A stretch of 64,000 nt of DNA from Hypanus sabinus (Eukaryota), in assembly GCF_030144855.1 (NCBI RefSeq), contig NC_082722.1, positions 19,344,001 through 19,408,000 on the forward strand. The letters are read 5' to 3'. The first letter of the stretch is position 1. Each line of letters opens with the position of its first letter. A program made the position numbers and the translations under genes. Under the pieces are notes generated by a model. The model made no database searches and had not been told where the DNA came from. It saw only the letters and a list, made by a program, of their open reading frames with translations. This document shows, piece after piece, positions 50,531 through 62,599 of the stretch.

Positions 50531-53485
50531 TGTACCTCATTTCCTCCGTATACTGTATATTTCCTGTCTTTTCCAGTGGCCAGTAAATCATAAACACTGG
50601 AGTTTCTGGATATGCTGAAATCCACAGTAATAAATACAAAATCCTGCAGGAACTTAGCAGGAATCACAGTATTAATGAAAAGGAATGAACTGTTACTTTT
50701 TCGAGCCGAAAACCTTGATTAGCGTGGTTGCTTTTCTTCAGGATACGAAGCAATGCCCTTCTAATTTTGCAGCAGCGTGGATTAACCATCGGTATGAGCA
50801 GGACATTTTTACACGGCCTCTCAGAAGATTATGCACGGGCTGGTAGCTTATTAACAATTAACTATCGATTTCCAGTCTGAGCTTGTTGTGACAATTTGTA
50901 CCAGTGTTGTAACTTGCAACACTGACAATTTAAGTACGTTGAAGCTCGACAGTGTTTTACATTACAGTTGTCGTATGTTCATTATGCAGAAACATAATGG
51001 TTATATTCATCAGCACACAGTTATTTGGTATTTTACAAATACATTAACATAGACTTCATAATCATATTAGCATAATTTCAAAACTAGATTAACATTATCT
51101 AAAATAAGATTCCAGCTGCATGACAGCAAAGACTATATGCGCAGGAGCGCTTCAGTCACTGCGCGGCTGCATACCGGCAGGGTTTAATGGGAACTGTGGG
51201 AACAACTGTATACAGACCACATAGAGAGGAGGCTGGTTTCCTAATGAACTGAACTGCGTCCACAAACTTCTGTAATTTTGTTCTTGCTGTCTTGGGCGAT
51301 CTGCCGTTATCAAAACTTTGAATATTACCATTGACTTGAAACCTACAAAGTGCTTTGGATCACGTTAAGGTTAAATATTGATTTACAAACACTTCCCATT
51401 GCGATCATTATAGAAGCGAATTCCCGTTCTCCGAAAAAAAAAACATCATTTTTATATCGACACGTACTCGTCCAGAGAAAGATGTACATTTTCGGTGGAT
51501 TAAAAAAGGGGTCATTCAGAAGAAGGTAGCCAATGAATAAACAAAGTAACCCACTTTGAATTCCATTCACAAAGCTTAATGCAGCGACAAATCACTTCTT
51601 TGTCGATGTCCATAAAACCTGAAACTTTTAACAACATTTCAATGAAGGTTAGTAGGGACCCATTGCCCTACCTCCTGCACAACACCATGCATTCAAATTT
51701 GTAAATATATCACTGTCCCTGTATTGACGTAGAGTTGCCGGAAGTCTTAGCCAACAAGATAGGCAAAAGCTGTTCTCTCAGCCGAACACGACGGAAGAAT
51801 TAAATTGAGCTTCACGATTTGCTAACTTTATTTGCTGTTATTTTACATAAGTTACACAGTGCATTACCATGAAACATTACTACTGAATTCAATACACCTA
51901 TTTATCGGTTTCGCTGTGGGTTGGAATAGAATTCAGAGAATGTTTGCAAGATGCCAAAATCACTATTGTTTATTTTCTTATATTATCATCCAGCCACCAA
52001 ATTATTTGGACTGAAATGAAAAGAAGCTGCTGGACGAATTCAATGGGCCGTACAATATTTGTGAAGGCAAGAGAATGTTCAAAGTTTTGCGATCGAGACT
52101 TGGGATTAGAGTGTAGAGAGAAGATACTCAATAAATAAATATGAGAAGGAGGTGTGTGATCGAAATTGTCAGGTGATAAGTGGAACCAAACTGTGGGCTG
52201 GAGTGGTGGAGTTGTTGCAAGCTGAGCGATATTCGCTTCTTTATAATTGGCGGCTTCTACCTGCATTTTAAAAAAAAGTTTGTCTCTCCAATGCCGGCGA
52301 ATCTCTGGATGTTGTTTCTTTTTCTCATCGTCTGAGGAATATTGAAGTAAATCATTGGGGGCATATTTAATGGAAAGTAGTTTCTTTTTCTTGAAATGGT
52401 TGAGAAATATGCAATGGGCCAGAAGTGGAGGTTATGACTGAGCATATCAGACATTATCACATTGAATGGCCGGGCCTACAAGAGGCGAAATTTCCGGACC
52501 CCGATTCATAAGTTTCTTACTTTTTTCAGTACAATTTTGCTGAATGAATCGGAGAAACGTCGAAGACGAAAATGACCGCAACTCATATATATGATATTGA
52601 TTGTCATTCTTTTTCTGGATATAAGGAATGAAACGAAGCAACGCCTTGGGTCTACACTCATTGGTGGTCTACCGCTCTGAACTACAACTGGATTCTCAGC
52701 TACACAGCTTCCTTGATGTGTTTACTGTATAGGTGCGCTCAATATATGTTTGCGTTGAAGTTTGGATGCTGATGTGTTCATGGAATTGTAAGGTTGCAGA
52801 GCAGCGCAAGTCAGTTTGTCAGCTCCATTTGTAGATTGTGGAAGTTATATCAAATTCGAGAATCAAGTGACTAATTGAATCAAACGATCGCAAAATAAAT
52901 TAGTGATGGACTGATTAAATTTCAATTTTAGATTCCTATCACTTAACACGAAGTTTCTGTCAGCGTTCTTCAAGATTTCCATTTTTGATTCTTATAGATT
53001 TTGAATGGCATGAGACTGTCTTATCCCCCGGAAGAATGACTGTTCCCTTCCTTATTTAAAATGAAATATAGCAAAATCTAATTAGGAGAGTAGAGAATTT
53101 ATTACTTTATTTATTACTTTATAATAGTCATGTTACTAAATGTTTGGCTAAATCACAATACAGGCGGAATTTTGAGTTATTTCTGTTGATTTTCGCAACC
53201 TGATTCAGAGACTGAGATCACAGGCGGTTGTTTAACTACATCTGGCGTTTAACTTGAACTTGAGCTTCTCGTGAGAGGACATTACGATATCGTGATGATA
53301 TATCGTCAGCGATAATGTTGTTCTGCAAGCTGATGTATATCAACTAGAGCAACTTATATATAATAAGTAATGTCGAATGTGAATCGGTTAATGCATTGGA
53401 AATCTTGATTCTCTCATTATCATTTCTGTTTTCAATCTGTCAAGATAGTAAATGGAAATTCTTGTTAAATCATTCATGTTCTCAC

Positions 53486-53587
53486 CACGTTTTGTCTTCA
53501 GTCAGATTCTTATCAAAATTATAATCAGAATGACAATTGCCAGTCCGCCCAAAGCACCTCCAAGAATCAGGGATTTATTGCTGTCTT
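53486..53587 (-). pseudogene. Receptor gene 3, TM exon, uncharged, with a stop
   Basis: Acceptor ttacatgatctag| and donor G|gtgaga bound a 102-bp exon: EDSNKSLILGGALGGLAIVILIIILIRI*LKTKR. It aligns to the gene-1 TM (LILRCALGG vs LILGGALGG). Confidence 0.85.
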
Positions 53588-53639
53588 CTAGATCATGTAA
53601 AAAAAAAGTAACTGTGAAACATATATACATATATAGAGA

Positions 53640-53830
53640 CCGTGAGAAAAAAAAGTGGATAATTTTAATACCCGAGGAACTCAGCAGGGCAGGCAGCATC
53701 TGTGGAGAAAAACAGTCGACGTTTCGGGCGAGACTCTTGGTAGGACTGGTGTTGCCTGGCCTGCTGAGATCCTCCTGCATTTTGTGTGTGTTGCTTGGAG
53801 TTCGAGCATCTACAGGTATTCTCTTGCTTG
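53640..53830. mobile_element. Penelope-like terminal repeat pair just 5' of the gene-3 TM exon
   Basis: gaggaactcagcagggcaggcagcatct...gtcgacgtttcgggcgagac followed by the inverted gcctggcctgctgagatcctcctgcattttgtg. Confidence 0.75.
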
Positions 53831-55524
53831 CGTTTTGGTTCTTTACAGTGAGTTTTTTTTTTCTTTTGGATTGAAGATTTTTTTTCTTTTTATGATGCCT
53901 TTGCAGATAGTTGGATCGCAATTGCGAAAGGAGATCATTTGCTTCTGAAATGCCACTCGAAAACTTTTTCAGCAGATCCCATTGGCAAAAAAAATTAAAA
54001 TGAATTTTTGCTTTCACCAGACATCACAAGATGCATTGGTAGAATATTAAAAAGCATAATCCGAGCCATACATGAGAAGTGCTAACATAGTTGGTGAAAA
54101 CCGGAGCGACTAAGTTTTAGATTAAATAATAGAAAAAAGACACATGCAGAGGGAATTCCAGCTTTCCTTGCAGAAGTAGCCAAATGCATAGAATTGCGCA
54201 GATAAAAAAGAACAGAATATGGAACAATGGATTTATTGATATATTGCATATGAAAATCTGAAACATAAAGATGATTTGACTATTTGCAAAAGTGACCAAC
54301 TTCCAAACTTGTGCTTGATCTTCTCCTGCATGGTTCAGATGCTTCGATTCTCAACTGGGTTGAAGTAAAACGATTGCAGTCTCGGATGTTTCCAATGAAT
54401 ATACATGCACAATATTAGGAATTAGAAATATCAAAGATTTACCAACCTCTCAACGAAGAAAACATTTAGTACCCACTCTTATCACGACAAGGAATCTATC
54501 TCTGGCTGAAGGAAACTGCAACTTGATATTCTCAGCTGGATTCCTATATACGCATTGTAGTTAGATCGTTCTCTCAACTCACAGAGCCTTTTAAACAAAC
54601 TTACAGAACATTCTCTTTTTGTCAGACTGATATAAACATGCAAAAGGTAATCCTGACATCATTCCTGATATTCTAATTACATATTCTATTTCTCGCTTGA
54701 GAGTTTGGTTGGTGCAAACATACCGTATGTCCTTTATACCGAATTTACCAAAGTAAAACATACTTTTCAAATTATTTTACCCAAAGAATTTTTTTCTAAC
54801 ATTTGGCTAAAGATGAACGGCAAAGTGCACGAAGGAAAATGATTGACTTTCCACAAACGAATGCAATGGTCAATTGGATAGAAAGCGAAATGGAACAGAA
54901 TTGCATTTGTTATCATATCACATCAATATCATGTGCTTTCTTTAGCACTAATATAACGTAGAATTAAAAGCGATGGCCATGGTAAAGAGATCTTCTGGTT
55001 ACACCATTTATTAGTGAATTTTCCAGTATTCTCAAAAAAATTCTCAATGTGCAGGAAAATAGAGCTGTGTTGGACTAATAGGGAAAGAAATAGAATTGCA
55101 TTGTACTCCAGAATACATATCCATACCATTACCAGAGGTCGTTATTTCAGTAATTATGCTGGAGTATATACTTCATATTACCCCACCTTCGATTGAAACC
55201 GTTGCTGCAATGCGGTGAATTCCGTCATCAAAATCATTGATATATAATGGGGAAAGAAATAGTTCCAAAGCCAACCCCTGTGGAACACCACTATACAACC
55301 AAAAAATGATATTCCTGGTGATACGTAGAATTCCATGCAAGACCCAAATATTCTTCACATTTTCTCCAAGAAAATAAAAGTAATGATAAAATCTACTTCA
55401 TCGACCATGTACCTGACATCTGTCGAAATACTTCTTTTGGCATCCCAGTTTTTTTTTTTTTACTCTTTTTTTACTATATTGGAATGTTTGCTATGTAATA
55501 GGCTATGCATAAATTTAGGAATTT

Positions 55525-58490
55525 CGTAAGAACATAAGAATTAGGAACAACAGTCAGCCATCTGGCCCATCGAACCTGTAAGATCATGGCTGATCCGACG
55601 AGGGACTCATTTCCATCTGCCTGCCATTCCCCATAATGTTGAATACCCCAGCTACGCAAAAATGTATCCAACCTTGTATTAAGTATATTTACTGAGGTTG
55701 ACCCCACTGCTTCATTGGGCAAAGATTTCACTACACTTTGGGAAAAGCAATTCCTCCTAATCTCCAACCTAAAGTTACTCCTCCGAATCTTGAGGCGATG
55801 TACTTAGTTCTAGTCTCGCCTATCAGTGGAAACAACTTTCCCGGCTCTATCTTATCTAGCCCTTTTATAATTTTACATGTTTCTATAAGATTTCCCTTCA
55901 TTCTTCTGAATTCCAGCGAGTATAGTCCCGGGCAACTGAATCTCTCTTCATAGTTTAACTCTCTCATCTCTGGAATCAATCTGGTGAACGTCGCCAGTAT
56001 ATACTGTCACTAGTATACCCTTCCTCAAGTAAGAACATCAGAACAGCACGCAGCACTTTAGATATGGCCTCATTAGCACCCTATACCTCTGTAGCATACG
56101 TTCCTTGCTCTTAAATTCAATCCTTCTAGCAAAGAAGACCAACAATCCACTTGCCTCTTTGATAGCCTGCTGCAACACCGAACCAACATTTTACAATTCA
56201 TACACAAGTACTCCCAGAACAGAAGTATGCTGCAACCAATTAAATAATAGTCTGATCTTCATTTTTCCTTCCAAAATAGATGACCTCGCATTTACCAACA
56301 TTGTACTCCATCTGCAAGACTCTTGCTTAACATATCTATTTCTCTCAGCAGACTATCTATATCCACTGCATAATTTGTTTGTTCACTCAATTTAGTGTAA
56401 TCAGCAAACTTAGATACACCACTGATTGCCAACCAGAAGACCCATGTCTCCCAACTCTCTGCTTTTTATTTGCGAGCCATTTCTCTATCCATGCTAACCC
56501 CCCCCCCCCCCCCACTCTGCACATTCTTATCTTTTGGATAGGTCTTTTATGCGGCACGTTATTGAACGAATTCTGTAAATCCAATTATGTAACCTCCATC
56601 TGTTCCCTTCTATGCACTGCGCTTGTTATATCATCAAAGAACACTAGTAAGTTTGTCAAACGGGATTTGCCTTTGCTTCACCCTTGTCTGTGTACCTGAC
56701 GGATCAATTTCTTTTCAGCAGTTTTTCGTTACTTGTTGTTTAATGACAGCTTCAAGAATTTTCCCAACTACAGATGTTAACTGACTGGCCATTTACTTGT
56801 CTTTTGTCTGCCTTTTTTATTGAACAGTGACGAATGTCATTAGCCCTCTTCCATTCCGCCGGGACCTGCCCAGAGTCCGGAGAATTTTGGTAAGTGATCA
56901 CCAACGCCCAGCTATAACCTCTGCTATTTCTTTCAGTACCCTGAGATTTGTCTGTATTTTGATCCACAAGATTACTCAGCGCTACCTCTTAAATTATAGC
57001 TATTGTATCGAGGTCTTCACATCCCATTGCATCCATATTATCTCACTTCGGCAGGTTAGAGATGCCCTCCACTGTGAAACCTGGCAGAAGACAGTCATTC
57101 AAAGCCTCGGCCAATTACTCATTAACCAGATCAATTCCACTTCTCGTCCTCCACGGGACCCACGTTCACCTTGGCCACCGCTTTATATAATTATAAAAAC
57201 TTTTATTATCCGTTTAAATATGTTATACTGGTTTATTTTCATAATCCATCTTCCCTTTCTTTATTGTTTGCTTAGTGGTTCTTTGTTGCTTTTTAACGTT
57301 TTCCAACTCTTCCAGTTTTCTGCTACTCGGGGAGACTTTGTAGTCACGAGCTTTTAGTTTGTTGCCTTTTTTTATATCCTTAGTTGTCCAAGGATGGCTC
57401 TCCCTGCCCTTACTGTCCTTTCTTTCAACTGGAATATTTTGTTATTGAACTTCGTGAAAAATCTCTTTGAAAGTATTCTAATGTTCTTCAAACGTCCCAC
57501 AATATAGCCTGTGTTCCCACTCTACCCTATGCAGCTCTTCCCTCATCATTTTGTAGTTTCCCTTGATTAGGCATAATATACTGGTTTTAGACTGAATAAT
57601 TGACACTCTATTTGTAGAAGAAAGTCAGCCATGCAGCCATGCTTTCCAGGAGGATGTCTAACAACAACATTGGTATTTTACTTGTCTCATTGTGCAGCGC
57701 TAGATCCAAGATAACGTGTTTGCTTGTAGGTTCATCAAAATGCTGTAGAAGAAAGCGAGCGTGTGTGGATTCTAGGAAGCCCTCTTTAATACTACCTCGA
57801 CCAACTTGAATCAAATAATCGATGTGCATGTTAAAGTCCACAATTCTGCAAACACGTTTCTGTATAGGCCACTAAATCACAGGCCCTTGTACTATTTTGT
57901 ACCACAAATTCACTGACCTTGTTAGTGACACTACGAGCATTCAGATAAAGTTCCCTTACACTCATTGTGCCTTTAAAATCTAGTGCTCTCTGTCTCGTAG
58001 GCGCTTGATTCTCTGCATTCCACCCATACTTTTCTCTTTCTCTAACTTTTGCTTTTATTTTATCTTTATCCACACTTTTCTCTTTTACTTTATCCATACT
58101 TCTCCAATCTGTTGAACTTATGGTACTTATATAAAAAAAAATCGTATCCACAATCCTAATTAAGCCATTCGTCAGGATCCAGATCCCATCACCGTTCAGG
58201 TGGAGCGCTTCCGAATGGAAGAGCTCCCTCCTCAATTCTGGTGCCAGTTTTCCATGAATTCAACCCCACTCCTTCCACAGCAATTCCTGAGCAACGCATT
58301 TAACTGTCTAATCTTCTTAACCCTGTGCCAATTTGCACGTGGTTCAGGTTGTAATCCAGAGATTACCACTTATTTGTTTCTGCTTTTTCAGTTAGCCCCT
58401 TGCTGCTCGAAATCCCTCAGCAGGATCTCTTTCCTTGCTTTACCTTTGTCGTTGATCCCAACATTACCTTACAGGCTGTAAATAATGTAG
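55525..58490 (-). mobile_element. Decayed CR1 LINE in the C1-TM intron of gene 3
   Basis: LYSLEFRRMKGNLIETCKII, DLQNSFNNVPHKR and ELYLNARSVTNKV...YTETCL motifs, with the 3' tail taagaacataagaa at 55527. Confidence 0.85.
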
Positions 58491-58623
58491 ACACAGGACA
58501 CACGTTAACTTTTCCCCGTTGGAAAAAGAAATGAGATTTCATATTTTCTTTCTCGTGTTTGTACAGCTCTCCAGGCATTTTCTCATTCAGGTTGGAGCTT
58601 GCTTTAAATGATTCCGGTCTTAC

Positions 58624-58912
58624 CCTGTTCAATAATATAGCTGAAACTGGCTGGAATTTTTAGCGTTTCGTGAGATACCAGGCAGGTGTAAACCATTTTG
58701 CCCTGAACAGGCTGTGCATCTTTCAAAGTACTGGAAGCCTCAAAGAATCCTTCTTAAGTCTCGTTTCTTGGCGTTTCTATTTTGGTTATAATTTCCATAT
58801 TATTTCTGAGCCAAAAGATGTATAATTTCTGCGGATAAAATGGTGCAGTTTTACACATGAGTTTCTGTGATTCAGATGATGTTTCTTCAACTTGAATGAT
58901 TTTCAGTCGAAG
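58624..58912 (-). pseudogene. Receptor gene 3, C1 exon with one stop and a lost acceptor
   Basis: Translates to LRLKIIQV...KLMCKTAPFYPQKLYIFW...ET*EGFFEASSTL...YTCLVSHETLKIPASFSYIIEQ, then G|gtaaga. The TAA is at 58754-56 and there is no AG at the expected 5' edge. Confidence 0.9.
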
Positions 58913-60085
58913 TTCAAAAGAATAAAACGGACGTAGAATATTTAGCTATTATTTGATCGCATATACTCTCCGTCTCACGCTACCAATCTCAATTGTTATC
59001 AATGCGGCCGTTTAAAATAGCCTGAGTCTGTCATTTTTTATTGGTTTCAGGGGGCAGGAGAACATGACAAAACAGATGTACTGGTGACAGGTGGAGAACG
59101 CATGTCTATTTGGAATAAACGCAGCAGACTTAGCGTGTGCTAGGACTGACTTTATTTCTTCTTCAAACTGTGCATTTTTCCCTAACCCTGCCCTTATAGG
59201 TCAATTTTGTATGAGCGCAAAATGAGAGGCAGAGAACTAGTATAACAATGCTGGTTTCAATGGGATCGGCATTGTGGAGCTGCACAGGTAACAATCTGTG
59301 TTTCTCACTGTATAGGTTTAAGCACACGTCCCGTAATTGACATTAATGAAGTGGGTTTATTTGTCTTTGTGCTTTAGATGGAAGCTGAATATATTCCTCT
59401 GTGAATTCACTGAATTGTTGATTACGGTGTTTCGATGATCCCCGTTCCCCAAAAGTTCATCGAGAGATTGGCGCAGTGAACGATGTTTATTAATTACTTA
59501 TCAATAGTTGTAGCTATGCGTTTAAGCAACTGCGGGATCGAGATCGGTAAAATACGTCGTGATATAAATACGACGTAGTATAAAAACAGGTTGAAGAACG
59601 GGTGGATGTCGTTCACTTATGCAATGCTTCGCTTTGAATTAGATGGCTTGTGACTTATCCTTCAACGCAAATTGTCTACAGCTCCCTAGTTAAGCCGAAT
59701 CAATTTGGTCGTCCAAAAATTAGGTGGTTCATTTCATCCGCTGTTTGAAGCAATTGATTGATAAAGTTGTTGGGGCTGTTTCAGGAATAGGTCAAGGCCG
59801 GGACAGGGTGGGACGTTGTGTAGGAATATAGGAATAACAAAAATATGGTTGGAAATGTCAACAGTCCAAAAATAATTGGAGCAAAAGCTAATCTCCAGAA
59901 TCATGTCAAAATAATAAACAGAACAATCCAAAAATGTCTAAAATGATCTTTTCCTTTTTTTGAAAGTATGTAAACCAAATTAGTGGCACAAATTGTACAC
60001 CACTTCATAACATTTTCATAATCCTGGCTTTTTCTAAAATGCAAAGAGATGAACACTCTCCAATTCCAGGAATAAAGACATTTAC

Positions 60086-60391
60086 GTAACGTATTAAGCT
60101 GAGAGCCACTTCCAATTCCCAATATTTGTTGTTGACTTTTCACTTGACAGTAATAGCAGCCGACCTCTGCTTATCTCACATTCAGGAGGGTAAATGTGAC
60201 CCTGCCTTTCTTTACACTGAACTGATTTCTGCTGTCTGGTTCTAAAAATGCCTTCTGACCCTCCTTCCACTACGAAACTTCAGCAGTATCTTGTAGTATT
60301 GGAAATTTGCAGAACATGGATTCTTTGCACCCGATTGAGACTTCTAAGGTTGGAGGGAATTGTTCCACTGTGGCGGAAGCTCCTTTTGAGG
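60086..60391 (-). pseudogene. Receptor gene 3, VJ exon with two stops
   Basis: 306 bp with ag/gt intact. It aligns without gaps to the gene-1 V (44/102 aa identical by hand count): ...ESMFCKFPILQDTAEVS*WKEG...LLNVR*AEVGCYYCQVKSQQQILGIGSGSQLNTL. Stops are at 60270-72 and 60171-73. Confidence 0.92.
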
Positions 60392-60530
60392 CTAACAAAG
60401 CATAAGTGAACATGGTGAAAACTGTTGCTTTCACTGTACAAAGAATCAACAAACAAAATAGGCAGAACAATGGATATTTGCTAAAGCTAAATTTGCTGCG
60501 GTTTACAAATGTATAATGTTATAATATATT

Positions 60531-61241
60531 TGTGCAACCCCCTGGGCGCCACAGGCTCGGTCAGCTCGTTCTCGTCTTGGGGGAGCAGCCTTCGGCCTCG
60601 CCAAACTGGGTAATCAGCTAGTGTGGATGCTGTGTGATGTCCCCGCCTCGCCCAAAAACAGACAGTACACCATATGCGATTAAATGAGTACAATTTATAA
60701 AGGTTACTATAACTAAATGATTAATAACGATACAGAATATATGAAGAAAAAAATAAAGGAAAGGCGCCAAACTTAACAAAGTCCAAACCACCGTGCACAA
60801 TCGTTGGAGCTCAATTACTGAAGTCTTCTGGCCACCATTCGATCCCCTCCGAACTCCTCGACTCGTAGCTCAGGACCATCTGAAGTGGCCAACCAAGCAC
60901 ATTTATCTTCATCTCCTCTCCTCGGAGTACCTCCTGGCCTCGGACCCCCACTTGGGGTCCGTTACTCGCCCAGCTGACTGCATCGCGCCCTCTCTCTCTC
61001 AGCCCCTCGCGCCGATCTCCCCAAAAGACCGCCAACAATAGCTTACAGACTCAGAAGAAAGAACAACATTAATCCCAATTGGTTTACAAAGGAATACAGT
61101 GCTGGTTATCAGTAAATTTTAACCCAAACAAGCTTCCAGCATTCTCTCGCAACAAAGAAGCATTCCTGCTTTTAACAAAACAAATAAGCCATTCTGATTA
61201 CATACACAGTAACAAATAAAAAAGAAGAAACCCCCTTTATA
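60531..61241 (-). mobile_element. Solo LTR-like insertion in the leader-V intron of gene 3
   Basis: About 710 bp with minus-strand ends tataaagggg...gggggttgcaca, and ATTTG repeated at both edges. Removing it restores a ~180-bp intron, close to the 204 bp in gene 1. Confidence 0.6.
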
Positions 61242-61280
61242 TTTGTTTCATAGATTGGGCACAAAAAAATTTAAGCGTAC

Positions 61281-61335
61281 CTGGTCAAAACGCGGCGAGA
61301 AGTGCCAAGTACCAAACTTCTGCATCCACCGACAT
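61281..61335 (-). pseudogene. Receptor gene 3, leader exon with in-frame TGA (MSVDAEVWYLALLAAF*P)
   Basis: ATG at 61335, 55 bp, donor G|gtacgc. Same length and phase as the gene-1 leader, with TGA at the gene-1 Trp position. Confidence 0.8.
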
Positions 61336-61439
61336 TGCCAATGAAAGTGGTCTGTCTGAAAGACAGAAATTCATAGGATGTGATAATCACGTGCGCATTA
61401 TTTATGAAGTGACATGGTCAAGGCTACGTCGATGCCTCG

Positions 61440-61830
61440 AGTACAGGAAACTCTGCAGATACTGGAAATCCAGAAAAATACAGAGAAACGCTAGCCGAGC
61501 TCAGTTTCAACAATGAAAAACAAAAAGTAGTTGTTTCGGGGTAAGATCCTTCTTCAGGATTGCAAAGGAACGGGGAAGAAGCCACAAAGTGGAGATAGGG
61601 GAGAGAAACGCGTATAAGGTGGCAGCTGATAAGAGGCGTGAGTAGGACTTAAGGAGATAACATTTGACAGGTGGTTTTATATTCCGCCTCGGTAGCCTCC
61701 AATCTGCTGATATGAACACTGAGTTCTCTAACTATCAATAATTTCTCTCATACATTTCCCATTCTGCGTCTCCTTTTTATCTCTTCTCTTCTCCTCACCT
61801 CGCTTTGCTGCTCCTCCTCCTTCACTTTTT
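61440..61830. mobile_element. Penelope-like element with inverted arms
   Basis: Terminal repeat ctctgcagatactggaaat, a purine arm, then FIFRLGSLQSADMNTEFS (GIY-YIG C-terminal-like) and a pyrimidine arm. Confidence 0.7.
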
Positions 61831-62599
61831 TCTAACCGTCCAATGTCCTCTCCTGTCAGATTGCGTCTCATTTAGTCTTTACCACTTCCACATATCACGT
61901 TATGGCCGTTCCATATTCGCATGGGTATTTTCCTGTATTCTAGTCCTGCCCGGTTCACTACGGCTACATAATAAAAGTCACAGCCCATTATTGATTCTTA
62001 TCCCTTAAATAATGCTAGTACTGCACCAGGAAATGTCTTTGGAACAATGATATCTGTATCAATAATAATTCTATCTGATCGGACTTGGTCTACATCGGGT
62101 TTTTTTTTACCTCCTCCTGGGCTTGTTGGAATGTCCATTAGCTGCTGTAAACAAATCAACACTCTGATGTAGCACTGCCAAGTTGCCTCCCACTCTCGGC
62201 GTAATGTACGTGCTCGCAACCTCATTTATTTTTTTCTCTCTTATTTCAAGGCGATACCCGCTTTTCACTGCCGCTGATATGCATGAGTGGTATCGGTAAA
62301 GAGAATGGCATGACCAACAGTATTAGAGAATCCCTGTTCACGAGGATAATGAGATATTGTTTCAGAGAAAGGAGACCTGCATCATCTGTAGGAAACGGGT
62401 TCAAGCGATTCCCGACAGAAATATGAGCTGTATGATAGTACAGCTGCCGGAAATCATGAGAGTAGAAAGGTAACACTATATAACTTCTGAATATGAAGCA
62501 AGAGGAAATGAGGAAACAGCGACTGAGAAATCGCGATGACCAAGCTGTAAATTATTAATTCCCATCACTGTGGTAAAAATCCGGGAAGCTAAGCGATTT

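Noticed and set aside
52990-53030. Gene-3 cytoplasmic exon (GDKTVSCHSKSI)
   Set aside because: The position and the GG-G start fit, but the acceptor is GG and there is no donor. Support is too thin to list.
53502-54017. 171-aa and 140-aa overlapping ORFs as genes
   Set aside because: They run through a Penelope-like repeat and intron. Only 53486-53587 is a real (pseudo)exon.
11462-60391. Near-regular ~24-25 kb spacing of the three V exons as a recent segmental repeat unit
   Set aside because: The intervals are filled by different, independent TE insertions and the exons are only ~43% identical, so the regular spacing looks coincidental.
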